From: Selaginella moellendorffii
Lineage: Eukaryota > Plantae > Lycopodiophyta
DNA length: 64,000 nt
Assembly: GCF_000143415.4 (NCBI RefSeq)
Contig: NW_003314345.1
Span: forward strand, 142,574 to 206,573
Direction: 5' to 3'
Made by a program: the position numbers and the translations under genes. A model generated the notes under the pieces. That model saw only the letters and a list, made by a program, of their open reading frames with translations. It had not been told where the DNA came from and searched no databases. Positions 26,239 through 40,765 of the stretch are shown here, piece by piece (position 1 is the first letter of the stretch; each line of letters opens with the position of its first letter).

Positions 26239-27195
26239 CTAGCTTGTATCCCTTCTCAAATGCTGGTGGCCGATACACATTCACGTTGAGCTGCCGGTAC
26301 TCTTCCGGATTGGCAGCGGGATTGGGACACCAGTCCACCTCAATGCTGCCCTTCGCATCCTCACACGTCTGGGAGGCATAAATGTGGACACGCAGCTCCC
26401 GGCCAGCAGCTTGAACGCACCCAAGATGATCCACTCCACGATCACGGGGGGCTTTTCCAATCCAACAGCGCTCCTGATTGTGGGATCGATGAGCGCGCAG
26501 ATCCCAGTCTCTACCAGCGGCTGCACGGGCTGAGGAAACGCGTCCAGCACCAGATGCTTGAGATCCTGGACGATGCTCTTGTTCTTGTCCGTGAAGATGG
26601 CGTTCTTGGCCTCGTACTCGCGAATGTACTCTCGCATCTCGGAAATGCTGTCTGGGATGCTTGTGATGCCCATCCTCATGCCCACGTCGTGCCACACAAC
26701 ATACGCGGCCTCCTTCTCGTTGTCGGTCCACTTGCGGAATCCAAACTTCTCGGAGAAATCAATGGGACTGATCACGTTGAGGCAGAGGACGTAGGCGAAT
26801 TGGTCGTTTGGGATCTTGAATTTGTTGTGGATTCCATTCAATCTCCTCACCGCGTACGAGCCGCGATCGCTGTCGACGTGGTGGTGGATCATCTCGCTCA
26901 CCAGAATGTTGGTCTCGGCGGCGCGCTTCTCAGGATCCTTGAGGCCGTACTTGGTCTTGAAGAGCAGATTTGTGATCCCGGGGATGCCCAGCGTGCGGAT
27001 GGTGCCAAACTCGAGCGCCTTTTGTGAGAGGAAGGGGAATTCCACCGAGTACATATACCACAAGATCTTTTGGGCATCTCTCACGGGGTGGAGTGATGCT
27101 AGAAATCTCGCTCTCTCTTTTCTCTTGCCAATGCACACCATCTTCCATGCTGCAGCCATCATGAGCAACGCAATCATCAACAAGATTGCAGCCAT
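26239..27195 (-). pseudogene. MpaB/DUF2236-like oxygenase, frameshifted (about 26362) and 3'-deleted
   Basis: Nearly identical to 43587-44624. There is a 1-nt loss in catcctc(c)acac and the last ~28 codons are removed. Confidence 0.88.
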
Positions 27196-27407
27196 TCTGA
27201 AATGGTTGCGTTGTGAAAACTGTTTAATCTACAATCTGTGCGTGCAAAAGAAAGAACGAGGTTGGTGAAACAAAGGGGTATTTATACCAATGATCCAACA
27301 AAGATCACATTTCACGTTTTCTATTCATGAGATTGGAAAGCTCACATTTGAGTATGGAAAATTCCCCATTTCCTGTAACACATTCCCCTTATGACTGAAC
27401 AAACAAC

Positions 27408-30400
27408 CATACTTACTGGAAAACGTGTTTGATTTGTAAAAATGACATTTGCAGACAAGCGTTTGCATACAGGTTTGCATTTCATTTGTAGAGGGTTGCC
27501 AAGTTAAATGAATATTCAAAGTTAAACCAGAATCTTTTACAGTCTTTTATGTTTCTTTCTGTAGGTGGGAAGCAATTGTTGGTGCAATGGCTTGCCAAGC
27601 CACCTCTTTTGATCATCCAGGGAAAAGACGAAACTCCTTGTGAGATTGATTCACTATTTGCAGTGTAGCTTATGAACAAGGCCACGAGCAAAGCCTCTGG
27701 ACTTGCAAGTTCTACAATGAGTTGAAATTTGATTTATTGAAGAGATTGATTGTGCATGTAGGGAGGGTCCCAAAGGAAGAGATTGAGGTTTGCTACAGTT
27801 AGGTGTTTTTGAATGTCTTCAATGAGATGCAAATGAAGTTCTTTAGTGATTATCACCATTGTGAACCACCACAAAAAGATGGTCCTACTGTCTACATTGC
27901 AAATGCTCAGTATGTGAATATCAATAGGGAAATTTTTAAGACTCCTTTCTGGAGATTAGCTTCTGCTACCTGCCCACCAATTGTGAGTCATGGAACATCA
28001 TCATTTCCACTAGGTAGTAATGCTCCAAATCAACAATCCTTGGTTGTGACAATGGATTTTGCTGCTTCGAATGATAATAATGCAGTAGATGCCCAGATAG
28101 GGCAAGCACTCTCTAGAGGACTTTCTAGCGAGCAACAACAGAGCAACATATCAGGTCCTATGAATTCTAGTGGGGGGACACAATTAGGCTTGGGCATAGC
28201 TATTGGTAGACAACAAAGCCTACATACAACATAGAAAAACTAGAGCTATATTGATGCATATGTTGCTGTTCATAGGTTCATCTATGAAATTGCATAAGCC
28301 TTCAATGTTGTGAACAGCTTGTACTAGAAAGAGATGCTCAGTGCTGTGGGGAAAGCTAATCCAGACTATTCTCAGTGTTTCTAAAGTATGAAGCGATCCG
28401 GGTGAAACATTTGAATGAGGAGTATGAAAGCTTGAATTCGAGACTAGATGTTGTGTGTGAAGGCTGGAAGGAATTTGGCTGCACGATCGTCATTGATAGC
28501 TAGCAATGCTCAAGGAAATGAAGCATTATGAACATGATGGCGGTGAGCATTCATGGATTAGGTGTTTCTGAAATTGTTTGATGCATTGGAGGAGAATAAA
28601 ATTGGTCTTTAGTTGTGGTCAAAGTTGAGGCTTATTCTCATAGAGGTTGGAGTTGAGAATGTGGTTCAAATGATCATTGATAATGGCTCCAACTTTGTTC
28701 GTATGGGGGATTTTATGGAGGAGTTTCCAAAGATTGTTCACAGCAAATGTGTTTGCCACTACTTGAGCCTCCTTTTGAAGGATATTACTAACCTTGATTG
28801 GGTTCAACCTTGTGTGAGCGGCTGTGAGAAGATTGTCAATTTCATGTTGAAGAAGCCAAGCTTGGTTATAGCATTCTGGAAAATCACTCCTCGAGACTTC
28901 ATTAAACCATCATCAATTAGATTTACATACAACTTCATGGTGATGAGCTCCTTGATTGAATCAATTGAATAGTTTTGCAGCAATTTGTGGTATTTCAAAT
29001 TACAACAAATGTGTTTGCCACTACTTGAGCCTCCTCTTGAAGGATATCACTAACCTTGATTGGGTTCAACCTTGTGTGAGCGGCTGTGAGAAGATTGGCA
29101 GTTTCATGTTGAAGAGGCCAAGCCTAATTATAGCATTCTAGAAAATCACCTCTTAAGACTTTATCAAACTAGTATTAATTAAACTTGCATACAACTTTAT
29201 GGTGATGAGCTCCTTGACTGAATCAGTTGAATAGTTTTGCAGCAGTTTGTGGTGTATTGTCAAAGAGCTCATCACCATGAAGTTGTATGCAAGTCTAATT
29301 GATACTAGTTTAATGAAGTCTCGAGGGGTGATTTTCCAGAATGTTGTAACCAGGCTTAGCCTCTTCAATATGAAATTGATAATCTTCTCACATCCACTCA
29401 CACAAGGTTGAACCCAATCAAAGTTAGTGATATCCTTCAAAAGGAGGCTCAAGCAGTGGTAAACACATTTGCTATGAACAATCTTTGGAAACTCCTCCTT
29501 CATGAAATCCCCTATGCGAACAAAGTTGGAGCCATTATCAATGATCATTTGAACTATATTCTCAACTCCAACCTTTATGAGAACAAGCCTCAACTTCAAC
29601 CACAACTAGAGACCGGCTTTCTTCTCCTCTAATGCTTCAAATGATTTCAGAAACACCTGATCCATGAATGCTCACCGCCATCAGGTTCACAATGCTTCAT
29701 TTCCTTGAGCATTGCCAACTATCAATGACAATCGTGCAGCCAAATTCCTTCCAGCCTTCACACACAATATCTAGCCTAGAGTTCAAGCTTTCATACTCCT
29801 CATTCAAATGTTTCACCCGGATTGCTTCATATTTTAAAGACATCGAGAAGTAGTTTGGACCAGCTTTCCTCACAGCATTGAGCATCTCTTCCCAATATAA
29901 ATTATTCACAACATTGAAGGCTTGTGCAGTTTTATAGATGAATTTGCAAACAATAATATCTACATCAATGTAACTTTGGTTTTGCCATGTTGTATGCAAG
30001 CTTTGTTGTCTACCAGCAGCCATGCCTAGGCCCAATTGCATCCCCCCAATAGGACTTGACATGTTGCTCTATTGTTGCCCGCTAGAAAGTCCTCTAGAGA
30101 GTGCTTGCCCTGTTTGGGCATCTGTTGCATTATTATCATTTGAAGTAGCAAAATCTATTGATGCAGCCAAGGATTGTTGACTTGGAGCATTACTACCTGG
30201 TGGAATGAAAATGTTTCATGACTCACAATTAGTGGGTAGGTAGCAGAAGCCAATCTTTGGAAAGGAGTCTTGAAAATTTTTCTGTTGATATTCACATATT
30301 ACACATTTGCAGTGTAGACAACAAGACCATCTTTTTGTGGTGGTTCACAGTGATGATAATCATTGAAGAACTTCATTCACATCTCATTGGGCACATTCAA

Positions 30401-30802
30401 GGGCACCTGACCCTAGCAAACCTCAATCTCTTCCCCTGGAACCCTCCTTACATGCGTAATCAATCTCTTTAGTGAACAAAATTTTAACTCATTGCAAAAC
30501 TTGTAGGTCCAAGGGCCTTGCCCGTGGCCTTGTTCATAAACTGCATTGTAGATAGTGAATTGATCTCATAGGGAGTTTTGTCTTTTCCCTAGATGATCAG
30601 AAGAGGTGGCTCAACGAGCCATTGCACCAACAATTGCCTCCTACCAGCAGAAAGGAATGTAAAAGATTGTAAAAGATTCTAGTTTTACTTGGAATATTTG
30701 TTTAATTTGGCAACCATTTGCAAATGGAACGCAAATGCAGACGCAAATGCCAGTTTGCAAACGAGGTTTTTACAAATCAAACGTGTTTTCCAGTAAGTAT
30801 GG
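27408..30802. mobile_element. Degenerate hAT (DUF659-type) transposase present as two inverted arms
   Basis: YEAIRVKHLNEEY...WKEFGCTIVIDSW, VGVENVVQMIIDNGSNFV and CVCHYLSLLLKDI occur on + (27.4-29.25 kb) and on - (29.26-30.8 kb). Many stop codons. Confidence 0.85.
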
Positions 30803-30879
30803 TAGATACTTCTTGTTCATTGATGGAACCAGACTTGTGGCCTGAAGCATTGTTGGAAGCATGCTTTTCTTGTTCGGTC

Positions 30880-31048
30880 GAAGTGTTCATGCCATGTGGA
30901 GGATTCAAAGGGCAGCATTGACGTGGACTGGTGTCCCAATCCCGCTGCGAATCCAGAAGAGTACCGGGTGTATCGGCATTTGAGAAGGGAGATAAAGCTG
31001 GTGGAGCATGGAGCGACCGGGGGATTGCACTGCCCCTTCGCAGAATAG
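30880..31048 (+). pseudogene. 3' fragment of the MpaB-like gene
   Basis: VEDSKGSIDVDWCPNPAANPEEYR...GGLHCPF. Confidence 0.8.
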
Positions 31049-31608
31049 AAAAAGGAAGGAAGAATTTGCTGGGGGTCCAAACGGGTCATTCGGAGTGTAA
31101 GCTTCAGCATCATAGTTGTAAAACAATGTTAAAACTACACAAATTATAAGGTAATCGTTCAAAGTCTGAGCACCTGGAGTTCGAGTACTTAGCTATCACT
31201 AGCCAAGCATTGTCTTCTTAAATAGTTGTCAACCTGTGCAGGCTGCAAGAGAACACAGTTTGGATTTCCCTTCCATGCATCTAGAAATCCCTGTTGCCTG
31301 TGGAATCACTTTGCTGGTCGTAAGAAACATCCAAGTGATAGTCTTCCCAAGTTCCATGCCAGTTCACCCTTGAGTACGCAGATCACCAGCGGCTGCAATT
31401 AGCGAGGAGATGCCAAAAATCAGTGATCCAACAAAGATCTCATTCAACCACGCGTCATGAACAGCCTACGTGGTCCCAAAATACGTACACAATTTTTCGT
31501 TTTGCATGCAGTTAACTACTTGTCTCTTTATCAAGCTTCGTTTATTTACGAAAGTTATTATCAAGCTATTACCCTGTTGTTTGTGCATTCTATTTTGAAT
31601 TGAGATCG

Positions 31609-31667
31609 GCTTGAACTCTGGCCACTGGGTTTAGAGTCCAGTGTCCAGACCACTAGACCATAGGCCT
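31609..31667 (-). pseudogene. tRNA-Gln-derived pseudogene or SINE head (anticodon reads CTA)
   Basis: Minus strand ggcctatggtctagtggtctggacactggactctaaacccagtggccagagttcaag. It has A box- and B box-like motifs but lacks the 3' T-stem and acceptor strand. Confidence 0.6.
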
Positions 31668-31946
31668 TAAGTTTGTAAGGAAAACGTTGGACGGAATAAG
31701 AGATGTTATATAAGATTTTATGCTTAGACCACATATAAAAAACGTTAAAACATGTACTCTCACTGATTCAGCATTAGCTGCACCACCATTCAATCGATAA
31801 GATCGATCAGATCCAGCATTGGCCCAGTCACTGGATACCAGCTGTGCGAAGTATCTGTTGTAAGTTCTAAGAACAAGCAAATTGCGAGAGCTTACCCATT
31901 TTTATCTTTTGATTTTAGCTTCACTTGACCTTGGCTACGTGCGCGT

Positions 31947-33452
31947 TCACTGATCCGGGAAGAACACACTGGTGGAAAGATTAAAAAAACGTCTCGTAAG
32001 AGTATTTTGCAAAAAAATGCTTACCTGCATGTGTTCTTATACAATATCTCCGCGATGCCATTCGTGTCCTCGACTTTACGAAACCCAGCGATCACCTCAA
32101 AGACTTGCCTGCAAAGTTTTCAAAGAATTGAATCGAAGTAAAGTGGAGCCAAGTACCTAATGTGGCATGGCTCGTTCCTGGATTTCACAGTCAAATGTTC
32201 TTCGTGACGCTCTTTCTTCTTTGACACCCAGTGTGTGGTGACGTGCTCCACACCAGCGTGAGCTGCTTTGATCTCGCAGTATGGCGAATCCGTCTCCATC
32301 ATCATTCTCTCCACAGGAATCCCAGCCATTACCTCCAAATTTTCCTTTGTCTTTAGCGAGCATCCATTGATACCTGTGGTGAAGCAGTGAGAACACGAAG
32401 TAATAGTTTGCTAGTCCGTCACCTATATAGAGCTTTTCAAATCCCAAAAGCCTGTCTCTCTCGTCGGCAGTGCCAGTGAATGAATGCACTACTCCTGCCG
32501 GAAACCTGTTAAGAATCTTAAACTTGTTCTACCTATAGATGAAATCTAGAAAAAAAAAGAAACTTGGTCACATACCTTTGCTGATTCGCTTGTATTATTT
32601 CGCAGAAATCCGTGGCAGCAGCGCGCATGTGTAGAAACATTGGAAGCCCTGTTACTTCCGCCAAATAAAACTGCTTCTCAAAGTACCTGAAAACCATATG
32701 TGGCATTTCTGTTTTTCTAAAAAGGACGACAAACCTGCGTTGAACATCAGCTGGACAAAATTTCAAGCGATCGTAGTCGAGACCACACTCCCCAATCGCC
32801 ACCACCTGAAGACACAGCCGCTAACATAAATGTAATCGATATAAAAAAGCTAGCATACCTTTCCTAGGGAGCAGCCATGCCTTGCAAGTTCTAGTAGATC
32901 CTTTAAATGTTTGTCCGGTTCTCCCCGAGCCTCGAATTCCTAGGCACCGAAAGGAAATCGGTGAACCCAAAAAAGAAGTCCCATACCTTGCATCGCGTTG
33001 GATGAACTCCTACAGTGCAAAAGAGCCTGTCTGTAGAGAACAGCATCGAAGCTCGAGAATTCGAAAGAAGAAAAGAACAAAGTACCATCTGTCTGAGCAA
33101 TCTCCAAAGCTTGCTTCGATTCCTCAAGCGATCCTCCGGTCACCTAAAACATTTCTCGATTAGATAGACAAGAGAACTTCTCTCCGCCTACAATGATTCG
33201 ATCGACACCAGCGTTCCAAGCTCGCGACAAAACCATTGGCAAGTCAGCTGGGTGATATTGCTTCCCATTGTACATCCCTTTAAACATATCATCTACGAGA
33301 GAAAACGAGGTCACTCTTCTCTCGGATTTTCACTAGCAAGTACCTGAGAGATTGGCGCCAATGTCTGCATTGTAGCTAGATCCAAGGCTGAGATACTAGG
33401 ATTTCGACAGCAAATCCAATGTCTTACCGATGAATCGCAAGCGCTGCGCCAT
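31947..33452 (-). CDS. TatD-family DNase (TATDN1-like), about 11 exons
   Basis: [53 protein letters not shown] and RNEPC. GT-AG introns. Confidence 0.92.
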
Positions 33453-33532
33453 CGCCAGCCTCGCTGCGTCCCAACTAGTCTAGGGCTTTGAGCATAGAAA
33501 CTTCTTTAACGTTTAAAAATCTTTGCTCTTCG

Positions 33533-34689
<1,157 letters not shown>

Positions 34690-35075
34690 GATCTTGGCCT
34701 AGAAGTCTCGAACACAAATCGATCGCTTATAAAGCTTGCGCCGCTCAAACGTGTGGCATGGATTGGATCACGAAAAGCGAGAAAGAACATCGCGGAAGAC
34801 GGCTCGACAAGGAAAGACGATCGAAAGGAACGCGAGAGATGAAAAAAGAAGGCGAACTTTGACACGATCTATCGATTTATTACAAAGCTGGCGCCAGTAG
34901 CTAAGTCACGAGCAAGCCAAGAAGAAAAGAAGAAAAAAAAGAGGACGAGAGCTTTTGTCGGCACGATAGATCAAAGAGACGAATTCCTCAAGAGAAAGAA
35001 AAGAGAGAGAGCTCACAACTCACACGAATCAATCAATCCCATCCCACCTATTTGATTCGCTCTTTGCCGCTGCTT

Positions 35076-35399
35076 TTAGCATTTGAATCCCGGGGGAGCT
35101 TTCATCTTGCACGTCTTGACGTAGTTCTTCACCGTCTGCTCGCTGGAAGCCCCCGTCGCGGACACGATCAAGCGGCACAAGCACTCGAGCGCCATACCGC
35201 GCACGGCGACGCAGCATTGCGAGCTCGGCGTGCTCATCACCGTGCCGCCCTTGACACAGGGCAGTGACTTGTAGAGAAAATCGGACTCTTCGCAGGACGA
35301 GGCCAGAGCTCCCACATTATGGGACGCGATCGGCGGCGCCGCCGCGAGGAGCGCAAGGATCACTGCCACTGCCACTGCCACTCCAAGAGCGTTGCCCAT
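35076..35399 (-). CDS. Small secreted Cys-rich protein, nsLTP/prolamin 8CM-like
   Basis: Signal peptide and C-C-CC-CLC-C-C cysteine spacing. Confidence 0.8.
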   Translation of the reverse strand: MGNALGVAVAVAVILALLAAAPPIASHNVGALASSCEESDFLYKSLPCVKGGTVMSTPSSQCCVAVRGMALECLCRLIVSATGASSEQTVKNYVKTCKMKAPPGFKC

Positions 35400-35602
35400 C
35401 TTGCCCTAAAATAAATCCAACTGACACGTTTCTCACACGTGGCGCTCAAACGGGCGGCCCCGATCGAGCGTGGCGGATCCGGCGACTGGGACGACGAGAT
35501 GTACGAACGTACGGCAAGGGCAATTCGAGAAAGGAAAATTAAAAAGCCTTCTTCGTTCGTCGGGGTAGCGCCTTGTTCTTCGATCGATCGCGCGCTCCAT
35601 CC

Positions 35603-36664
35603 ATGGCGACGACGGGGATGAATCACATGCAGGCCAAGCTTGTAAGTAGGATTGCTGTCGCGAATTCGATCCCTCCCGCGGAGGCGCCCTGGATCCATCG
35701 CGCTCTAGATTAGGGTTTCCACTGTTGGTCGTGCGCTGAGATTTTTCCATGGCGCTTCCAGGTGCTGCTAGGGGACATGGGAGCTGGGAAATCCAGCCTC
35801 GTTCTCAGATTTGTCAAGGGCCAGTTCTTCGATTACCAGGTGTGGAAAAGTGGATGTGAAATGGGTGATTTTATCGTGGTTTTTACGGCAGGAGTCGACG
35901 ATTGGAGCGGCATTCTTGACACAGACGTTGGCCGTGAACGAGACGACTGTCAAGTTTGAGATTTGGGACACGGCGGGTCAAGAACGCTACCATAGCTTAG
36001 CTCCAATGTACTACCGCGGTGCTGCCGCGGCCATTATTGTTTATGACATCACAAACGCGGTAAGCTTGCGTTGTAGCTAACTTCCATTCTCTTCCTCGTT
36101 GCTGATGAAACTTTGCTTTCTTGCCACCAGGAGTCCTTTGCGAGGGCCAAAAAATGGGTCCAGGAACTTCAGAGGCAAGGTGAAAACGATCGACACGTAT
36201 CTCTTTCTTTCTCTCGTGCTTATCTCGTTGGTGGTTTTCAGGAAATGCCAACCTCGTCATGGCTCTTGCCGGAAACAAAGCCGATTTGGCAGCAAAGCGT
36301 AAGATCGAGACGCAGGTAACGCGGCGTTTACTTATAACCGCAATTGACAATCTCGGTCGTGTCGTACAGGAGGGACAATCCTACGCGGATGAAAACGGGC
36401 TCTTCTTCATGGAAACCTCTGCAAAGACTGCCGAGAACGTCAACGAGCTCTTCTACGAGATTGGTAAGTAAGCTGTTTGCTTTCAAAGCTTGCATCGATC
36501 GCTGTTTGCTTTCAAAGCTTCCGTCCCGCCTAACGCGTTGGTTCCTCTTCTCTCTCTCTTTTGCAGCCAGGAAATTGCCAAAAGCACAGCCGGCTCAACA
36601 AAACACTGGAATGGTTCTCACCGACAGACCGATAGAGACTAAAAAATCCGCTTGCTGCAACTAG
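35603..36664 (+). CDS. RABF2: Rab5-family small GTPase, conventional RABF2 type (7 exons)
   Basis: [46 protein letters not shown] and a C-terminal CC prenylation motif. There is no ARA6-type N-terminal acylation motif. Confidence 0.93.
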
Positions 36665-36822
36665 AAATCATCGGAAATCTTATATATTTGTGTCCATTTG
36701 GTGGTCTCTGTATTGCACTCCCTGCACTGTAAATAAAAGGAAGACAGGAGGAAACAATGGTGAAGTGCTTCATCCCAGTGATCCTTCCCTCTGGCCTATA
36801 AAATGGAAGCGTGCGTACCTTT

Positions 36823-39800
36823 CTACCTGGTTCTAGTGTCCGAAATAATGGCCGACCCAAAACCATTTGCTGTCGACTTGAAGCCGTTCACCCAGTTCGT
36901 GTTGTCCGAGTGGGTGCCGTCGGCCTGGTCGTCTCTAAGCCTAACGAGCGATGGTACAATTCCCTGACAATACCTTTGCCACAAGGTACGGTAGGCCGCT
37001 TCCAAGCCTTGGACGAAGCTCGGGCCATTGCAAAGTTGGGACTTGAGCATCCTGTCTCGGAGTCCAGTCCTCAATGCCGAGAGCTTTGAAACGTCCGAAG
37101 CTAAGTCCACAGCTTTCTTCACGTACTCGTCTTCCGTCCGGGCGATTAGATTACACAAGCCTGCAGCAAGACAAGACCAGCCAGAGTCAAGAGTGAAGAG
37201 AATGGCAGCTTTGTTATGCACTTACCGACTTGGCTCAGTAACGTAACACCCACATTGTTTGCATGGACCTTGCCTGCCATTGTAACGCACGGTATCCCCA
37301 TGTAGAGCGATTCGCAGGTGGTCGTGGTACCCGCGTATGGAAATGTATCGAGGCTGTAGATAGAACAGTGAGTTCGAGTGATGCAAGGGATATGAACTTG
37401 GATACCTGATATCCATGAACGAATACGCCTGCATGTGGTCGTGGTTTAACAGAATGAGAGGCAATAGATCAAGCCGCATCGGCTGCACGCCCAGCTCCTC
37501 GAATTTGGCAAGAAACTTGTCCCTTATTCCGTCACAACAGAATGGCTTGCACTTGACAACTAGTCTGGCTGTCGGAACGGCACAGAGTATCCTGGCCCAA
37601 ACACGAACAACCCGGGGAGTTATCTGCTTAGACGAGGACAGTTTAGCACGGAATGACGAGGAGTCCGAAGCTCAGTTACCTTCGCTAGATTATTAAAGCT
37701 TCCGAAAGTCACAAAGCCGTTTGTCAAAGCCGGGGCTTGAACGATTGGGCCTGCTTCGGCAGAAGGTGTGTAGCATAAAAAGCATCCCGGCAGCCTAACA
37801 AGTTCCTCTACGTGCCTGCGAATCTCTCACGGTTTAGCGCATTTGAGATTTGCGAAGGAACTTACCTTTGTCTGGTATCTGGCGGATCAGCCAATGAATC
37901 TGTAAATCTGTAATCAATTGTGGCGAGCCCAGTTGTGTTTGGATATCCTATCCAGGTGGCCTGTGCACAGGAGTTAGCAGTTTTCTTGTCTACGAAGCGA
38001 CACGCTTACCTGAAGAGGAGCCGGACGACACGCCATAACCCCGAGCTTATTATTTGCTGTATGCCCAGTAAGTTCTACCAAGATATCCACGTTATCTTCT
38101 CTGACAAGAGCTGCTACTTTCTTCTCGTCGATTCCATAAACTTCCTTCCACATACCACCGTTTTTCAACACTGCGTCCTTAAAGCGTTGTGTTTTAGCGT
38201 CTGCCTGGGAACATTGCGAATGTTAGCACTGGAGTATCAAATGATGCTTCAAAATTACCTTGACGACTGCAGAATAGACGACAACCCGGTAGTTACTATA
38301 GTCATGGTGCATAAGCGGGGCTTCTATAAAATAGGAGACAGAATGAGTGAAGTAATCGGGTGAGATGTATCCTATGGTTAGTGGTCTGTCAGGTTCCTTG
38401 GAATTGCTCCAAGTTGTATATGGAGAATATAGACGCACAAACCGCTTGCCCCAGTCCCTGGAAAACATCAAAACGTGAAGGGACAAAATGTTCACGAAAG
38501 AACCTCAAGCAATCACCTTACTCTACCTGTGAGCATGGTATAATTTATCTTCATCCTCATATATGTAATTCATTGCCAATAAGCGGTTCTAAACGGACAT
38601 AGCAATTCCGTGTTAGTTGCAGCTTGTATAAAAAGTGATTGTGCAGACCTGCCCGGCGTTCCGAGAGTCCGAGTCTATACGCAAGCAACGTTCGTAAGCC
38701 TCAATTGCAAGATAAATATTTCCGGCATCTCGATGCAACACACCTGCACGAACACTTATTCTAGAAAAAAATTGTAAGCATTTAAATCAGCGCACCGAGA
38801 TTGTTATAAGCCTCTGCATAAGAAGGGTTTGCGAGGATCGCCTTTTCGATCATTGCCGACGCAGAGTCCATCTTTCCCTGAAACAGAGCACGTGAAACGA
38901 CCTCCGGCGTCTGAAAGCCAAAATCAAGTACCTGGACGGTATACACGACGCCAAGGTTGTTGAGAGACTGGGAAAAGTCGGGTTTTATTGTAAGAGCCAT
39001 CTGCATGCACACGATTGTTTCAGCAGTTGCTTGTACAGAAAAAACACGAAGAACCTGATAACATTCGACGGCTCTGTCCAAATTGTCCCTGTCCTTGTAA
39101 ATGACTCCTAAGTTATTACATGCTTCCGCACACTGAGGGTTGAAATGCAATGCCAGTTCGTACATCACGACTGCCTACACGCGCCATACGTTAGCGTGAT
39201 TGAAACAGAAACTACGCACGCTGGATTACCATGTCGAATTTCAGCATTTCCCCGTACGCAACACCGAGGTTGTACATCGCGTCGGCATAGTGCCAGTTAT
39301 AGAGCAAGGCCTTTTTGTAATAAGCAACGCCTTGATGGATGTTTCCCTCAAGCTTCACCTGATGTGGTCACCACGTTTGACTTTCTGAAAACAACTGGAA
39401 GTTTACCTTAGTGCCAAGATCTGTCAGCGCGATCGCCATATTGTTCTTTGCGATTTCAAAATTTGGAGAGACAGCCAAGCACCTACACACAAACACGTGG
39501 AAAGCTATATCAGCGAACTGTAGAAGCTTTTCAAAAGCAACACCTCTCGTAGCAAGCGATTGCCGCATCTAAATCTCCCCGGTTCTTATAGATGACGCCC
39601 ATGTTGCAGTATGCTTCGGCATACATAGGCCTGTGCGCCGCGGCCTTCTCGTAACAGTTCAAAGCTGTGTCATACTGGAGCATCTCCGAGTAAACGACAC
39701 CCAGGTTGTAAAACGCCGGCTGCATGACACGAGAATCGTCGCTTGCTTAGTTCCACACGGAAAAGGATGGACGAGGATTTACCGCGTACGTAGCATCCGC

Positions 39801-40552
39801 TCGAAGCGCCTCAAAGTATTTTTGCATACCATCGTGGACGTTCCCAGACAACTTCAAGCTGGTGCCAATGTCAGTCAAGACAACCGCGAGGCTTTCCAAG
39901 GCTGGTTTGTACTTTGGGTCTGCCTGGAGCGCTTTTTGATAAGCCTGCGAAGATACAAGAGAGAAAATCCATCTAGTTTGCGAGCAAAACGAGCAAAGGA
40001 TACACTCACCTCGGATGCTTCGAGCAGATGGCCCTCTTCCTTGTAGAGAATGCCGCATTGCGTTAGGGCTCGAGCATTGGAAGGATCGAGCTTGAGCGCC
40101 GACGCGAAGCATTCCAAGGCCTGGCGCGCATTACCTTGCATCTGGAGGCAAACGCCCTTGCTGACCAGCGCCTGGACGCAGCTCGGCTCCGCCTCGAGCA
40201 CGCTCTTGTACAGCAGCTGGGCATCCGCGAACTTGCTCCTCGACAGCAATATTTCGGCATAGGCAAGGGAATCCTTAGCTGGAGCTGCCGCTGCCGCCGC
40301 CGCTGCTGCTGGAATCCTAGCACTTGGAGCGTCGTCCTCATCGATCGCGGGCGCTGGAGGCTGTCGTCGCTTACTCTGCTGATGATCCAAGGCGCTGGAC
40401 GAAGAATCCCTATCTCGAATGAGACCTATGACCGCGGCGCCCGAGGAGGAAGAGGAGGAGCACGAGGAAGAAGCGCTAGGGCTGGAAGAAGCTCCTGCTA
40501 GTGCGGAAGAATGAGAAGGCGGCATGGCCATAGCCTTGCCTTGCCCGCCCAT
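36823..40552 (-). CDS. SPY: SPINDLY protein O-fucosyltransferase (TPR repeats plus GT41 domain)
   Basis: TPR array, [57 protein letters not shown] and [18 protein letters not shown]. Confidence 0.96.
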
Positions 40553-40765
40553 TAGAGCAAAGTAGCCTATTCCATGTTACTATACACATAACACGCGGAA
40601 TCAAATAAACGATACTTATAGAAGATTCGCCCAAATGCCCAGCTCCGGCATTCTCCCAAGGGCTAGGGTTCTTGGATAGGATCGCTCTTGGAGCCGTGCA
40701 ATGGCGGCAAGGGCAAGAATCGCGGCCACCGCCTTCTTCCTCAGGTAGAATCAATCGCCAGGGCC

